Positions 1-10,483 are shown, counted from the first letter of the stretch. The stretch: DNA of 64,000 nucleotides from a virus (IMGVR_UViG_3300028920_000002:96001-160000), one strand, 5' to 3'. Made by a program: numbers and translations. Notes: generated by a model from the sequence alone, not told the origin.

Positions 1-30
1 ATCCCTGGGAAGGAGGGGCAGGTCAGTGGT

Positions 31-2235
31 GTGCGTAGAGTGAACATCCGCAATTCAGAGTGGAAGATAGTATCGGACAATGCCCTGGACGTACTGGCTA
101 CGGTAGAGGCAGTACAATCTTCGCTGGCCAGCTTGGCTACGCTATCTGCTCAAGCTAAGTCCGACAGCATCGCTGCAGAGGCGTGGAAGGACGGAATTGA
201 GGACGCCAGGCTACGTCTGCAGCGTGCTGCCAAGTTCCTCAACGAGACTCTTCCTCTGATTCGTGGAGCGCCTCCTCCCTCCAGTACTATCTTCAGCGCT
301 TCCTCGAAGGCGTTGCGGAACGCGGATGCGTGGGTCAAGAAGTGGACCCCGAAGTCTCCCGAGAGCATCAAGAAGAAGGTCGACAAGTTCCTGGAGGAGG
401 CTGCGGTGCAACTGCGCCGTGCGGAGTACCTGACGGTGAACACCACTCCGCTCAAGGACCGTGAGCCGGCACGGATGGCTCAGCAAATCTTCCGCCCCGA
501 CATCTGGTTCGGAGCTCCACCGCGCTGCAACGTCCTCTTCCCCGAGAACTACATGCAGCTCACCTATCAGCGTATCTACCTGCAGGAACCCACGCGGTTC
601 ATGCTCAAAACCAATGACGAGTTCTACGGTGAAGACTTTCTGTTCGACCGGTTCTACTTCGCGCCACAAGCTGGGTCTTTGAAGAAGGAGAAGGCCAACC
701 TCAAGAGCATGCTTCGCAACGATTTGCTCGACCACGAGCTCTTCACTGGCATCCTACCGGTGTTCGAGAAGATGGGAGAGTTCAACATCTTTGCGTCGAA
801 GAGTTGGACCACTGAGGGCAAAGTGCCGAAGGTGGGTCTGGCACAGCGCTCGGCCAACTTCCTGTACTTCAAGCATCGGTTCAACTCGCGCCAGATGCAG
901 GTCAGCGGACGCTTCAATCCGTACATCGCCTGCGGATTCCCTGGTCTCATCTTGGACAAGTGGGTGGACACCACCGTAGCGGACCAACTCCAAGCGATGC
1001 GCAAGGCGTATCAGGAGGCGACTGGGCAGACCATCCTCCCGGAGTTCACTCGGGGGCTGTTGGGTACGAACTTCCTCGGCAACTTCATGGAGGTGACCCA
1101 CTCCCTGTCTCACCAGCAGGCGCAGGGGCGTACTGAGATTCGTTGTACCTACCCTCGGCAACCTGAAGAGAGCGTAGAGTTCTTGGGTACTGCGGAGCGA
1201 GCACAGAACGTTCAGGTGAGAGATGACCTGGACGCCAAGCGCTCAGTGGACGTGGCCGCCCTTTCCCCACCAGCGGTGAACTCTCTTGGTCCGAACGGCG
1301 GCAAGATTGTCGCAGTCAAGGAAGTGACAACAGAGTACAGCCGAGCTCGAGCTGGAGAGAAACCTGGTTTAGACGACGATAACATTGGCCGATTCCTACC
1401 CGTTTTCTTTGGCGGAACGCGTAGGAAGGGAGGCAAACCACCAGACGCGTCGGTGCCGGTTGGCACCTATATGACGCTGCGCGAGATGGGAGCGGCGGAA
1501 AACAAAGAGCTGCTCGACCTCATCGGCGACCCGGACAAGACCATCGTCTTCCGCGCCTTCAGGCTCACTGAGGAGATTCCTCGCTACCGACGTGAAATCA
1601 TCGACCTGCCTGCAGAAGAGCTCATCCGCCCGGGGTGGTACGGGGACATATGGACACCCGGCAAGATTGGTAAGGTGTACAACCAGTTCTTCGCTACGGG
1701 TGCCATCACCGACCCGACCTACGTACTTGATAGCGACGGGAGCGCGCTGGGTAGTACTAGTGAAGAGATGGCCCGTAGTTCAGAAGAGGGTGAGAAGGTT
1801 GAAGGGACGGAAGAAGACCCGCGCATCAATGTGCCGGCCGTCACTTCCCTGGCTGAGGGCTCGAGCATCGAGCAGGCCGTGGAGTTCCTCACCCTCACCT
1901 ACTCCTACGTGAAGACGGCTGGACTCGACGTAGATGAGTTCATCCGAGCCTACACTTGGCGGCCCATCGCCACCATGTTGGACATCTTCGGCTCGCATGA
2001 CCTCGAGTACAGTCCTGGTGGTGAGGAGGTCACTTCAGGGACCGAAGGGTTCCACTCCAGGTCTTTCGGCCCGTACAACAACTTGTTTGGTTTGGTGAGC
2101 CCAGAGATTGAAGACGTGCTGGGGTTCCGCCGTGGCTCTACTACGGCGCAGAAGGCGGACACGCGAGCTCGCAAGTTGGAGGCAGTACTGTCCTTCGCTT
2201 CACAGCTCAGTTTCTCCCGAGCCATACTCGGCTAG
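31..2235 (+). CDS. Putative baseplate hub / tail protein (gp27/gpD-like), probably 5'-truncated by the window
   Basis: Frame is open from base 1. Segment RQMQVSGRFNPYIACGFPGLILD...FLGNFMEVTHSLS...TEIRCTY resembles the C-terminal beta-strands of hub proteins. Fold call is inference. Confidence 0.4.
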   Translation: MRRVNIRNSEWKIVSDNALDVLATVEAVQSSLASLATLSAQAKSDSIAAEAWKDGIEDARLRLQRAAKFLNETLPLIRGAPPPSSTIFSASSKALRNADAWVKKWTPKSPESIKKKVDKFLEEAAVQLRRAEYLTVNTTPLKDREPARMAQQIFRPDIWFGAPPRCNVLFPENYMQLTYQRIYLQEPTRFMLKTNDEFYGEDFLFDRFYFAPQAGSLKKEKANLKSMLRNDLLDHELFTGILPVFEKMGEFNIFASKSWTTEGKVPKVGLAQRSANFLYFKHRFNSRQMQVSGRFNPYIACGFPGLILDKWVDTTVADQLQAMRKAYQEATGQTILPEFTRGLLGTNFLGNFMEVTHSLSHQQAQGRTEIRCTYPRQPEESVEFLGTAERAQNVQVRDDLDAKRSVDVAALSPPAVNSLGPNGGKIVAVKEVTTEYSRARAGEKPGLDDDNIGRFLPVFFGGTRRKGGKPPDASVPVGTYMTLREMGAAENKELLDLIGDPDKTIVFRAFRLTEEIPRYRREIIDLPAEELIRPGWYGDIWTPGKIGKVYNQFFATGAITDPTYVLDSDGSALGSTSEEMARSSEEGEKVEGTEEDPRINVPAVTSLAEGSSIEQAVEFLTLTYSYVKTAGLDVDEFIRAYTWRPIATMLDIFGSHDLEYSPGGEEVTSGTEGFHSRSFGPYNNLFGLVSPEIEDVLGFRRGSTTAQKADTRARKLEAVLSFASQLSFSRAILG

Positions 2236-2273
2236 CTTCCGATAGGGCTTCCGTGGGTGGTACAACTACTGGG

Positions 2274-3362
2274 ATGTCGAGTCACGTCGGTCTGGTGAAG
2301 AATGCTGTGTCCAAGGGCCGGATGACGGTCTCGCAGACGCGCTCCGGCCGCCGTCCCATGCGGGTAGATACCCTCCTCAAGAAGGAGAAGGAGGGGACGC
2401 TCTACAAGTACACCAAGATGGCAGAGGCGCTGAGGCGTCGGGGCGTCGGCTTGGGTCTCCTCAAGCAGGCTCTGGGCGTCCCCATGACGCCCATGACCTC
2501 GATGACCCCGTCTGCAACGCAGCAGATGAAGGCTCCGCAGAGTACGGCGAGTGGGCCTAAGATGCCCGGTGTCGGCGTGGCTCCTCCGTCGGTACCGGGG
2601 CTGTCCAACTCGGGGGCGCAGCCCGCCGCGATGCCGAAGATGGGACAGGTGCGCTTGCCAGAGTCTCTGGACGAGGCTGGGGAGCAGGCCCAGAAATTGG
2701 TGGCCTTGCGGAAGAAAGTGTTGCCGGAGACCGTCAGCTACATTCGTGATGCGCTCCGTGAAGGTCTGACCGAGAAGACGGCTGAGCCGCCTCCGCCGGA
2801 GGGCATCTCTATGGAGCAGTGGGACCACCTACTCAACAAGGGGACGCATGACGAGAGTGCGCGTGCGCCCACCAATTCCAAGAAGAAGCCAGGAGACGTC
2901 CCCACGCTAGAGGATGACTACTTGGGCTCCAATCGGGAGGAGCTGCCCGTGTTGGCCATCGCCAAGTTCGGGGCGGCAGCCGATGAGATGCGCAAACTCT
3001 GCGCCATGACTACCGAGCAGGCACGTCAGTCCCTGTCCAGGCTCGAGACGCTCAAGAAGCAACCTACTGGAGAGCTGGCTAGAGGAGCTGCCGTTGGTGC
3101 CATAGCCGCACCTTTGCTTGGTGTTGTCACGCGCCGCGTGCGCGGCGGTGAGCCGGTAGCAGCTGGGCTGAGAGCACTCATGGCTAAGGGTGGCAGGAAT
3201 CTAGCCGCCGATGCCATCACAGGGGCTACTTACGGAGGGGCTGTACCCGCCGTCCGTAATCTACTGGAGCGCAAGGTGGAAACTGAGCGTCTGCAGGACT
3301 ATGTCGCTGGCGGAAAGAGAAGGGGTCTCCGTCGCACTGTGGCCCGACATGTAGGAGTCTGA
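2274..3362 (+). CDS. Basic, Gly/Ala/Pro-rich hypothetical protein, possibly head-associated
   Basis: Long ORF with a C-terminal glycine-zipper-like segment and an AAADEMRKLCA motif. ATG 2274 lies 7 nt after TGGTACAAC. Confidence 0.6.
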   Translation: MSSHVGLVKNAVSKGRMTVSQTRSGRRPMRVDTLLKKEKEGTLYKYTKMAEALRRRGVGLGLLKQALGVPMTPMTSMTPSATQQMKAPQSTASGPKMPGVGVAPPSVPGLSNSGAQPAAMPKMGQVRLPESLDEAGEQAQKLVALRKKVLPETVSYIRDALREGLTEKTAEPPPPEGISMEQWDHLLNKGTHDESARAPTNSKKKPGDVPTLEDDYLGSNREELPVLAIAKFGAAADEMRKLCAMTTEQARQSLSRLETLKKQPTGELARGAAVGAIAAPLLGVVTRRVRGGEPVAAGLRALMAKGGRNLAADAITGATYGGAVPAVRNLLERKVETERLQDYVAGGKRRGLRRTVARHVGV

Positions 3363-3363
3363 G

Positions 3364-5028
3364 ATGCCCGCGTGGATTCACAACCGAGCTGAACACCTCT
3401 TGGCGAAGAACCCGTCCATGAAGAAGGAGACGGCCTTCGCTATCGCCACGCAGCAGTCCCACAAGGTGGGCAAGACCCCGAAGGGGTACGGCACTTCTGA
3501 GGGTAAGCGTGAGGCGAAGGCAAAGTTCGACAAGCCCAAGAAGGAGTACGTCAAAGGCGCCAACCCTGGAAATCTCGAGACCCCAAAGCTCAATGACAAA
3601 CCGAAGACACGTTGGACAGGGAAGAAGTTGGTGAAGGCAGCGGCCGAGCTGCCCTCCTACGACAAGGTACCAGAAGGGCACTTCGAGTTTCGGGGCAAGG
3701 TCTACAAGAAGGATGCGGAGCTATCAGCGCGCAACAAGAAGCTGACCTCTGAGGCGCGAGAGAAGGGTTTGTATGTCACTCCTTCAATGGGAACACCGGT
3801 GGGCCAGATGAAGACAGCTATGGTTGAGGAGTTCATGTTCATCATGCTCAACCGCAAGGAGAAGCTCGCGGAAGAGCACAAGGACAAGACTCCTGGCGGC
3901 AAGGCCGACGACAAGCAGCTCAAGGACTACCCCAAGGACCAACTCGAGATGGGTCAGAAGGTGGAGATGGAGCACACCGATGACCCTGCTCTCGCTCGCG
4001 AAATCAGCATGGACCACCTCGAGGAATTCCCCGACTACTACACCCGCCTGAAGAAGATGGAGGAAGAGGGAGAGAAGGACAAGAAGGCGAAGGAGAAGAC
4101 CGCCAACGGCGTAGAGGAGAAGGGTGAAGATGAGGGGCCTGGAAGAGCGGCGACCAAGAAGGACGTCGCGAACATCATCGCCTACATGAAGAAGCGCAAG
4201 CCGGGCGAAGAGGATGACGAGTTCCACGAATTCGCCGAGGGTCGTGGGATGAACGTTCACGAGGCTGAAGAGGCCGTCTACGACGAGCTGGGCAAGGCCC
4301 TGAAGAAGCAGGGAGAAGCCGGCCCTTTTGAACAGAGGCTGCCCTGGTATGCGAGCGCGGTGGGAGGCACTGGCGGCGCTCTGCTGGGGCAGCATCTGTT
4401 GAAGAGCCGACCTGTTGCCGGGGCTCTGCTGGGGACGCTAGCCGGTACTGCCGCCGGGTTGGAGGCTGGCACTGCCGCTGGTAGGCAGCTGGACAGAACG
4501 ACCGGCGGAGCGTTGAAGAAGCAAGGCATGATTCCCACAGCTAAGCCACAGGGTTTGATGACCCCGCAGCAGCGCCTGAAGGAGTCTCAGAACGTCGGTA
4601 ACGTGGGCGCCTTCAACCAGAAGACTCAAGGCATCAAGCTCCAGAAGTTCAAGCCGATGAGTATGATGAAGCAGAGCTCCAGCAAGCTCGCGTTTCAGAC
4701 CTCTCAGTACTCCGGCCCCCTCGGCCCGGGGCGGATGAGCTACCGTCACCCGGATGCCATGCCGGGCTTCGTGGACCCTCCGGTCAAGACGGCGGGCCCG
4801 CCTCCGGGTGAGGAGGGAGAGCGTCGGGAGGGTGTCAAGGCCATGAAGGAGGCGGCAGCACGTCTCAAGATGGCTGCAGCAGCCACCACTCCGGCGGGGC
4901 GGTTGGCGAGCAGTCAGCAGGAAGGTCAGCCGAAGACCACCAATCCTCCTGGTCCGAGCATCCAGCAGATTTCCAAGCCGGTCGGCTACGGCCGCCCCCT
5001 CCCCGGGACCACTCTGGGGATTTCCTGA
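3364..5028 (+). CDS. Multidomain protein with a DUF5661-like domain
   Basis: GQKVEMEHTDDPALAREISMDHLEEFPDYYTRLKKME matches the ExEHT...IAxDHLxE..DYYxxL pattern. Also a glycine zipper and a Lys-rich N-terminus. Confidence 0.7.
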   Translation: MPAWIHNRAEHLLAKNPSMKKETAFAIATQQSHKVGKTPKGYGTSEGKREAKAKFDKPKKEYVKGANPGNLETPKLNDKPKTRWTGKKLVKAAAELPSYDKVPEGHFEFRGKVYKKDAELSARNKKLTSEAREKGLYVTPSMGTPVGQMKTAMVEEFMFIMLNRKEKLAEEHKDKTPGGKADDKQLKDYPKDQLEMGQKVEMEHTDDPALAREISMDHLEEFPDYYTRLKKMEEEGEKDKKAKEKTANGVEEKGEDEGPGRAATKKDVANIIAYMKKRKPGEEDDEFHEFAEGRGMNVHEAEEAVYDELGKALKKQGEAGPFEQRLPWYASAVGGTGGALLGQHLLKSRPVAGALLGTLAGTAAGLEAGTAAGRQLDRTTGGALKKQGMIPTAKPQGLMTPQQRLKESQNVGNVGAFNQKTQGIKLQKFKPMSMMKQSSSKLAFQTSQYSGPLGPGRMSYRHPDAMPGFVDPPVKTAGPPPGEEGERREGVKAMKEAAARLKMAAAATTPAGRLASSQQEGQPKTTNPPGPSIQQISKPVGYGRPLPGTTLGIS

Positions 5029-5576
5029 TGGACCTCCTCTCCATCCGCGCATGCGCCGACGAGATGGAGAAGATTGCTCTCCTTCGTGAGGCAGTGAGGC
5101 TTGGGCTGAAGGATGTGCCGGGTACCCCACGCCTGGTGATGCGTAAGCGGAACTTACTGGAGCGGGCTGCCGCTTCCGAGAAGGCAGTCCGGGCGTACGA
5201 GCGGGCAATATCCGACCCCATCAAGAAGAAGCTGACGCCAGTGGCGGAAAAGCTGCCCGAGTCGGTTCGGATACCGCTCACTTCCAAGTCGGTGAAGCCA
5301 CGGGCGGCGGCCACGCGTGGGGTGGAGATGATGGCCGCTGACCCGATAGGCAACGTGGCCTCGAATCTGGTGCCCGCCCCCGGTGCATTCGCGGCCTACC
5401 ACGGCGCGAAGAAGGGTGGAGAGGTGCTCATCAACAAGGGTGTGCAGATACCCCACCCAGCACGGTTGGTGAGTAGGGCGGCGCGTGCTGAAGGCAAGAA
5501 GCTCAGACTGGTGCCTGCGTTGGACCCCATCTCTCCAGAGATGTCTCAGCAGGCAAGGATGCTCGCTTCCGCCTAG
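5028..5576 (+). CDS. Hypothetical basic protein with an N-terminal ACADEMEKIA motif
   Basis: Start overlaps the previous stop (TGATG); 182 aa. Confidence 0.65.
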   Translation: MDLLSIRACADEMEKIALLREAVRLGLKDVPGTPRLVMRKRNLLERAAASEKAVRAYERAISDPIKKKLTPVAEKLPESVRIPLTSKSVKPRAAATRGVEMMAADPIGNVASNLVPAPGAFAAYHGAKKGGEVLINKGVQIPHPARLVSRAARAEGKKLRLVPALDPISPEMSQQARMLASA

Positions 5577-5617
5577 CATTAGGAAGCCACTCCGGGGATA
5601 ACAGCTCTGGAGGTGAC

Positions 5618-6277
5618 ATGCCTATGCAACACTGCCCGGTAGTCACCGGCTACTTGAATGGCATCAAGGATGCGCTGCCGATAGAAGATGCTCTGTCAGC
5701 TGATGTCTGGGACGAAGTACGGGAGTTGTGCGCTCTCGTACAAGAGACCTATGCGATGGTGGCCGCACAGCGGCTGCGCGCCTTCTACATCACAGAAGCG
5801 TATTACCACTCGCTCCTACCCTCGCAGGCGTGGCTGCTGGATGAACCAGAGCTCAAAGCCAGGATTCTGGAGCTGCGACTACCACGCTCGAAAGAAGGTA
5901 TCGAGGAGCTCGAGTCTTTGCTACGCACGCTCGAGAGGAAGGTTGTAGTTCGCCAGTCTTGCCTGCTGCTCAGAGAAGAGCGCGGTGTGGGTGGCGGTTA
6001 CACCACCAACGATGCTCAGCTCGCTTCCATGTTAGAGAAGCCGGGTGTCGTGCTGAAGTATGGCATTCAGGCCGCCGAGTTGTTCAAGACCCAACTTCGA
6101 GGCGAAGCTCTGCAGCTCAAGCGTGTGGGGGAGCTGTTCGGCAGAGCTTTCGTGGAATCGGGGACGGAGTCCCAGTACTACATACGACATGCTCGGGTGA
6201 TGTTGCACATCACACCGACGCGAGGAGTGAGCCCATGGAACACGACGAGCGAATTCCTGGAGTCACCTTCTTTGTAG
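5618..6277 (+). CDS. Hypothetical protein
   Basis: GGAGG SD and a GGGGATAA promoter upstream; 219 aa. Confidence 0.65.
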   Translation: MPMQHCPVVTGYLNGIKDALPIEDALSADVWDEVRELCALVQETYAMVAAQRLRAFYITEAYYHSLLPSQAWLLDEPELKARILELRLPRSKEGIEELESLLRTLERKVVVRQSCLLLREERGVGGGYTTNDAQLASMLEKPGVVLKYGIQAAELFKTQLRGEALQLKRVGELFGRAFVESGTESQYYIRHARVMLHITPTRGVSPWNTTSEFLESPSL

Positions 6278-6660
6278 AAGAAGCTACGCAGAATCCGACC
6301 AACAACCCCAAGCTACAGGCGAGGGGCAGGGTCGTGCTCGAGGCAGACATTGTCGACGATAAAGTCTGGGATGTAGTCACCAAGAAGTTGGATGGGTGGC
6401 GCGTTTACGAAGGGGCAGACCTATCCCAGGCGATGATTGAAGCAGCCCAGCTACGGCGTAAGCGTGCCGAGGAAGAAGCTGAGAAGCTCAAGACCGAGTA
6501 CCAGCGTGAGCTGGAGACTCTTCGGCAGCGCAACAGCTTCCTCGAGGAGGAGAACCGTCGCCTGCTGAAGGAGAAGGTGGAGCTTGAACGGGGTATCCAC
6601 CAGGCCCTCAAGCCCGTGGACGAGCTCGAGGCCGCCCTCGCAGACCTCAAAAAGGCGTAG
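6235..6660 (+). CDS. Coiled-coil hypothetical protein
   Basis: GAGGAG SD before ATG 6235; heptad-rich C-terminus (AEEEAEKLKTEYQRELETL). Confidence 0.65.
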   Translation: MEHDERIPGVTFFVEEATQNPTNNPKLQARGRVVLEADIVDDKVWDVVTKKLDGWRVYEGADLSQAMIEAAQLRRKRAEEEAEKLKTEYQRELETLRQRNSFLEEENRRLLKEKVELERGIHQALKPVDELEAALADLKKA

Positions 6661-6698
6661 TCTTTCCGCTTTGGGGCCCGGTGTTGTACACTGGGCCC

Positions 6699-7130
6699 AT
6701 GGACCAGTACGACCGGGCATTCTACGACGACCTGCAGAAGGAAGCGGCCTCGACGGTGGAAGACAACGAGGACTCCATGACCGGTGGAGAGAATCCGGTC
6801 GAGCCCAAGGCTGGGGACCCGCCTTCCGACGAAGGCACCATCGATGCCTCATGGGGTGAGAACGACACTCCCGGCAAGAAGAACGACCCAGTTCACCTCA
6901 GCGATGCGGTGGCGAGCTCGATTCAGGAGAGCCGACAGAAGCTCCTGGACCGATGCTTCGCTCAGAAGCCAGCGGCCCAGCGGGCTGCGCAGAGCTTCGT
7001 GAGCCAGCATCTCTCGCACGCCGCCAGCGGAGACTTCGAGAGCCGTGCCCCTCTACTCGAGGGAAAAGCCAAACAGGCATCAGCCTGCGAAACGCTGAGG
7101 GACCAGGTCTCTCGCGTCTTCGAGGACTGA
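6699..7130 (+). CDS. Acidic hypothetical protein with an N-terminal RAFYDDLQKEAA motif
   Basis: ATG 6 nt after TACACT, no SD. Confidence 0.6.
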   Translation: MDQYDRAFYDDLQKEAASTVEDNEDSMTGGENPVEPKAGDPPSDEGTIDASWGENDTPGKKNDPVHLSDAVASSIQESRQKLLDRCFAQKPAAQRAAQSFVSQHLSHAASGDFESRAPLLEGKAKQASACETLRDQVSRVFED

Positions 7131-7177
7131 TGCTGAAAACTGCTGCGCTGCTCGGGGATAAGAGCAGTGGAGAGCAA

Positions 7178-7963
7178 ATGGCGCGCAAGAATCCACTGGA
7201 CAGTGCGCTCTCCGCAAAGGAGAAGCTCGCGGCTCAGCGCCGCGCAGAAGATATCCAAGCGTGGGAAACGTGGAAGAAGCAGCCCACGCCCGAGAACACT
7301 CACGTCCTGCTGAACCGTTTCGAGCCAGTCTTTCGCCAGAAGGTGAGGGACTGGAAGGCCCCCAACACGAGAACTGGCGCCTTCAAAGCTAACCTCAAGC
7401 TTCACGCGGGCAACGCGTTCGAGAGCTACGACCCCAACCGAGGGGCTAGCCTGCGTACCCACGTGGAGAACCATCTGAAGAAGTCGATGCGCTTCAACCA
7501 GAGGTACCAGAATGCTCGCTACATGCCTGAAGGGCAGACCGAGCTCATCGGACCTATCCAAAAAGCGCACGGCACTTTGATGGACCAGCTGGGACGGGAC
7601 CCGACGCACCGAGAGATTGCTAGCTACATCAACCAAACCCCGGAGCTCATAGGCCGACGTAAGCCGTTGAGCGCCGCGAAGGTGAAGCGCATCTCCACAG
7701 CTGCGTTGGAAAAGGACATCATCGGGTCCACCTTCGAGAGCGACCCGACGCCTCGAGCGTCAAAGAGGGAGTTCGAGGTCATTGGGCAGCTACGCCCGAC
7801 GCTGACGCGTGATGAACAGGAAGTCTTCGACTACCTGTACGGCCAAAACGGCAAACCGCGTATCGGCTCCACCAGCCAGCTGGCTGGCAAACTAGGTAAG
7901 AGTCAGTCACAAGTCTCACGTTTGAAGAGTGGGATTCTGGCCAAGTACAAGCACTACTACTAG
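7178..7963 (+). CDS. Phage RNA polymerase sigma factor (sigma-70 family, FliA/group 3-like)
   Basis: Region 2 (AFESYDPNRGASLRTHV), region 3 (LGRDPTHREIA) and region 4 HTH (LTRDEQEVFDYLYG...SQLAGKLGKSQSQVSRL). Confidence 0.85.
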   Translation: MARKNPLDSALSAKEKLAAQRRAEDIQAWETWKKQPTPENTHVLLNRFEPVFRQKVRDWKAPNTRTGAFKANLKLHAGNAFESYDPNRGASLRTHVENHLKKSMRFNQRYQNARYMPEGQTELIGPIQKAHGTLMDQLGRDPTHREIASYINQTPELIGRRKPLSAAKVKRISTAALEKDIIGSTFESDPTPRASKREFEVIGQLRPTLTRDEQEVFDYLYGQNGKPRIGSTSQLAGKLGKSQSQVSRLKSGILAKYKHYY

Positions 7964-7983
7964 TCGGGTACAACAACCCTGAC

Positions 7984-9144
7984 ATGCAGTACGACCAAGC
8001 TCGGGATACTAAGCGTGCGCGTTTAGCGCGTGAACGCTTGGAGACGAGGTTCAGGCTTGGCGAGCGCGAGCAGACGGCACTTCTCGAGCGTGTCTCGAAG
8101 ATGGTCATCGTCGACAAGCTCGTGCCCCCTGCGCGGATGTACTTCTCCTGGAAGGGAGGAGTCCGCGTAGCATACGGCTCCGAGGACGCGACCGCGATGC
8201 CTATTCACGGCCATGCCCTATCGCAGATGTGCGGTGTGGCGGGTATCGCTAAGGTCTACGTGAACAGACTCGCCAAGGGAGAGGCTTGGGAGCACACGCT
8301 CCTGGTCCACAACTTGAACGAGCTATTTCACCGAGGCAAATACAAGGACCGGCGTGGGCAGCCCGCCAAGTTCCTGAGTCGCAGCGTGGACGATGAAGTG
8401 CGCGGGTTCCTCTCGCGTAGTTTCAATCGACACTTGGCGAGCGCTCCTCTCCTTAGAGCGTTCATTGCCAGCTGTGGGCAGATGGGAGCGAAACCGGTCG
8501 AGGCTGGAGCCTCACCCATTCACTTCAGCCTGAAGTGCTTTCTCCCCTACGTATTCGAGCCTGTGGACGGCGAGTTCCTGAGCGTTGGATGCGGGTGGGC
8601 GAACTCGGACTTCGGCTCGGGCAGGATGCGGGTGGCGCTTTCTGGCTTGCGGGTCAGCTCGGGAACTACTTCCGTCCTGGAGGACGCTATCAGTAGGGTC
8701 CACATCGGCTCCGTCATCCAGGAGTCCGACATCGAGCTGAGCGACGAGGCATCACGCAAGGAGATGGAAGCTCAGGCGGAGGCAATCCGTAGCAGCGTCC
8801 ATAAGCTGTTGGAGCCGGCCAATGTGACCCGGCTTCTGAAGCTGGTCCGAATGGCGCATGAGGAGGCAGTTCCGTGGCACAAGCTCAAGGATGAATTGGG
8901 CAGACTGCTGCAGAAGAAGGAGCTCGAGACCGTCGAAGAGATGTTGAGAAGCAACGCAGACGACATCATCGACCTCCCGCCGCCTAGTTACAACGACGAC
9001 AACGAACCAGTGGCCAACCGATGGTGGGCGAGCAACGTCCTAGGACACCTGGCCAACAAAGAGTCGAGTGTGGAGCGCAAGAAGGACCTTCAGACCCTCG
9101 CGGGCAGCATCCTTGGTAAGACCAAGGGAGCCAACAAGCTTTGA
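7984..9144 (+). CDS. DUF932-like phage protein
   Basis: HALSQMCGVAGI...LVHNLNEL...VRGFLSRSF...GWANSDFGSG resembles the DUF932 pattern. Confidence 0.6.
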   Translation: MQYDQARDTKRARLARERLETRFRLGEREQTALLERVSKMVIVDKLVPPARMYFSWKGGVRVAYGSEDATAMPIHGHALSQMCGVAGIAKVYVNRLAKGEAWEHTLLVHNLNELFHRGKYKDRRGQPAKFLSRSVDDEVRGFLSRSFNRHLASAPLLRAFIASCGQMGAKPVEAGASPIHFSLKCFLPYVFEPVDGEFLSVGCGWANSDFGSGRMRVALSGLRVSSGTTSVLEDAISRVHIGSVIQESDIELSDEASRKEMEAQAEAIRSSVHKLLEPANVTRLLKLVRMAHEEAVPWHKLKDELGRLLQKKELETVEEMLRSNADDIIDLPPPSYNDDNEPVANRWWASNVLGHLANKESSVERKKDLQTLAGSILGKTKGANKL

Positions 9145-9147
9145 GGT

Positions 9148-9180
9148 TTGGCGGGCGAAAGCCCGCCAACCCTCTACTAG
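9148..9180 (+). terminator. Hairpin, probable terminator
   Basis: TTGGCGGGC-GAAA-GCCCGCCAA directly after the stop, followed by CTAGC; the T-tract is weak. Confidence 0.55.
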
Positions 9181-9209
9181 CTACGGAATAAGAGTCTCGG
9201 AGGTAGACT

Positions 9210-9434
9210 ATGTTTCACCTGTACCAGTTGTTGAAGCTACTGGAGTTGGCGTACGCCGCCGACCCCAACCAGGCGATGGGAGAGCTGGGCAAACTGTTGC
9301 ACCACGCTGAGAAGAACGGTCACTCCGTCACCGCATCTATGCTACGAGAAGCAGCGGCCAACTTGGCCGATGGGTTGCCACTGAGGGTCCTCGGGCATCA
9401 GGGGCAGTTGCAGGGAGTACGAGAATGTCAGTGA
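9210..9434 (+). CDS. Small hypothetical protein
   Basis: GGAGG SD; CGGAATAA promoter at 9184-9191. Confidence 0.6.
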   Translation: MFHLYQLLKLLELAYAADPNQAMGELGKLLHHAEKNGHSVTASMLREAAANLADGLPLRVLGHQGQLQGVRECQ

Positions 9435-9598
9435 ACAAGCCAGCGCGGTTCACACTGCGCAAGAAGAAGGAAGCCAGGGCCGACTTGTTGAGAATCATCA
9501 AGGAAGGCTTCGAGCCGCACCCTTCCACGTGCGAGCTGCTTGAGTGGCTGAGCTACGAGATTCAGAAGGCGGAGGAGAAGTCCACGCGCAATGGCTAA
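9425..9598 (+). CDS. Small basic hypothetical protein (57 aa)
   Basis: Translated by eye (MSVNKPARFTLRKKKEARADLLRII...); fills the gap and overlaps both neighbours. Confidence 0.5.
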   Translation: MSVNKPARFTLRKKKEARADLLRIIKEGFEPHPSTCELLEWLSYEIQKAEEKSTRNG

Positions 9599-10247
9599 GC
9601 CGGTTACGGTGAGCCCGTCTCAGCAGGAGGCCCTGCGTCGAATCGAGGAAGCCGATGTGGAGTACATCATCGGTATCGACGAAGTGGGTCTCGGTCCTTG
9701 GGCGGGCCCCGTCACCGTCGGTGCGGTGGTGGTGCCCAAGGGCTGGAGACATCACAGTGTGCGGGACTCCAAGCAGCTTTCTGCTAAGGCCAGGTTGGCG
9801 GCCACGAGATTCATCTACGACGCGGCGGTAGCCCACTGTGTCATCAGCTCTCCGGTTGAGGACATCGACAAGTACGGGTTGAAGAAGGCGCATGCCTTGG
9901 TCACGGAGGGTGCCGCCCTCTACTGCCTGAAGCGCTATCCTGATGCACTCATCGTTCAAGACGGCGACATCCCAGTCACCGTGGATGGCCGCCCGCAGAA
10001 GATGGTCTGGCTCCCCAAGGCCGACGTCCTGGTCCCAGCAGTGAGTGCGGCTAGCATCATCGCCAAGCTGAACAGGGATGCTTTCATGACGAAGGCGGCC
10101 AAGGAGTTTCCTGGCTACGGATTCGCTCAGAACAAGGGCTATGGGACCAGTCAGCACATCGAGGGGCTGAAGAAGCATGGTGTCTGCTCTCTCCACCGCA
10201 AGAGCTACAAGCCGGTGAAGCGGTTCCTCGAATCTGGTAGACTCTGA
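9591..10247 (+). CDS. rnhB: Ribonuclease HII
   Basis: GIDEVGLGPWAGP, DSKQLS, DG, KAD...VSAASIIAK..RD and YGFAQNKGYGT...HRKSY motifs. Confidence 0.95.
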   Translation: MAKPVTVSPSQQEALRRIEEADVEYIIGIDEVGLGPWAGPVTVGAVVVPKGWRHHSVRDSKQLSAKARLAATRFIYDAAVAHCVISSPVEDIDKYGLKKAHALVTEGAALYCLKRYPDALIVQDGDIPVTVDGRPQKMVWLPKADVLVPAVSAASIIAKLNRDAFMTKAAKEFPGYGFAQNKGYGTSQHIEGLKKHGVCSLHRKSYKPVKRFLESGRL

Positions 10248-10249
10248 AC

Positions 10250-10480
10250 GTGGCTCAGGGCGAACAAGAGAAGCGGGCGGCTCGAGACGAGCGGCTGACC
10301 AAGCTGCAGCAGGCCACTAACGAGTGGGCCGACAAGGAAGAAGACAGGCTCAACAAGGAAGTCGCGCTGGCGAAGAAGATACTGCTCGGCCGAACTGGAG
10401 CTGAGCGGCTCAACAACGCTTCGGTCCAGTCGGCATCTGAGCTGTTGGTCGATGAACTCAACAACTTTCTAGCAGGATGA
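10250..10480 (+). CDS. Small helical hypothetical protein
   Basis: GTG 6 nt after TGGTAGACT; coupled to downstream genes. Confidence 0.6.
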   Translation: MAQGEQEKRAARDERLTKLQQATNEWADKEEDRLNKEVALAKKILLGRTGAERLNNASVQSASELLVDELNNFLAG

Positions 10481-10483
10481 GAC

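Noticed and set aside
6953-7177. N-terminal extension of the sigma ORF in the track
   Set aside because: It overlaps the 6699-7130 gene; the promoter and SD point to ATG 7178.
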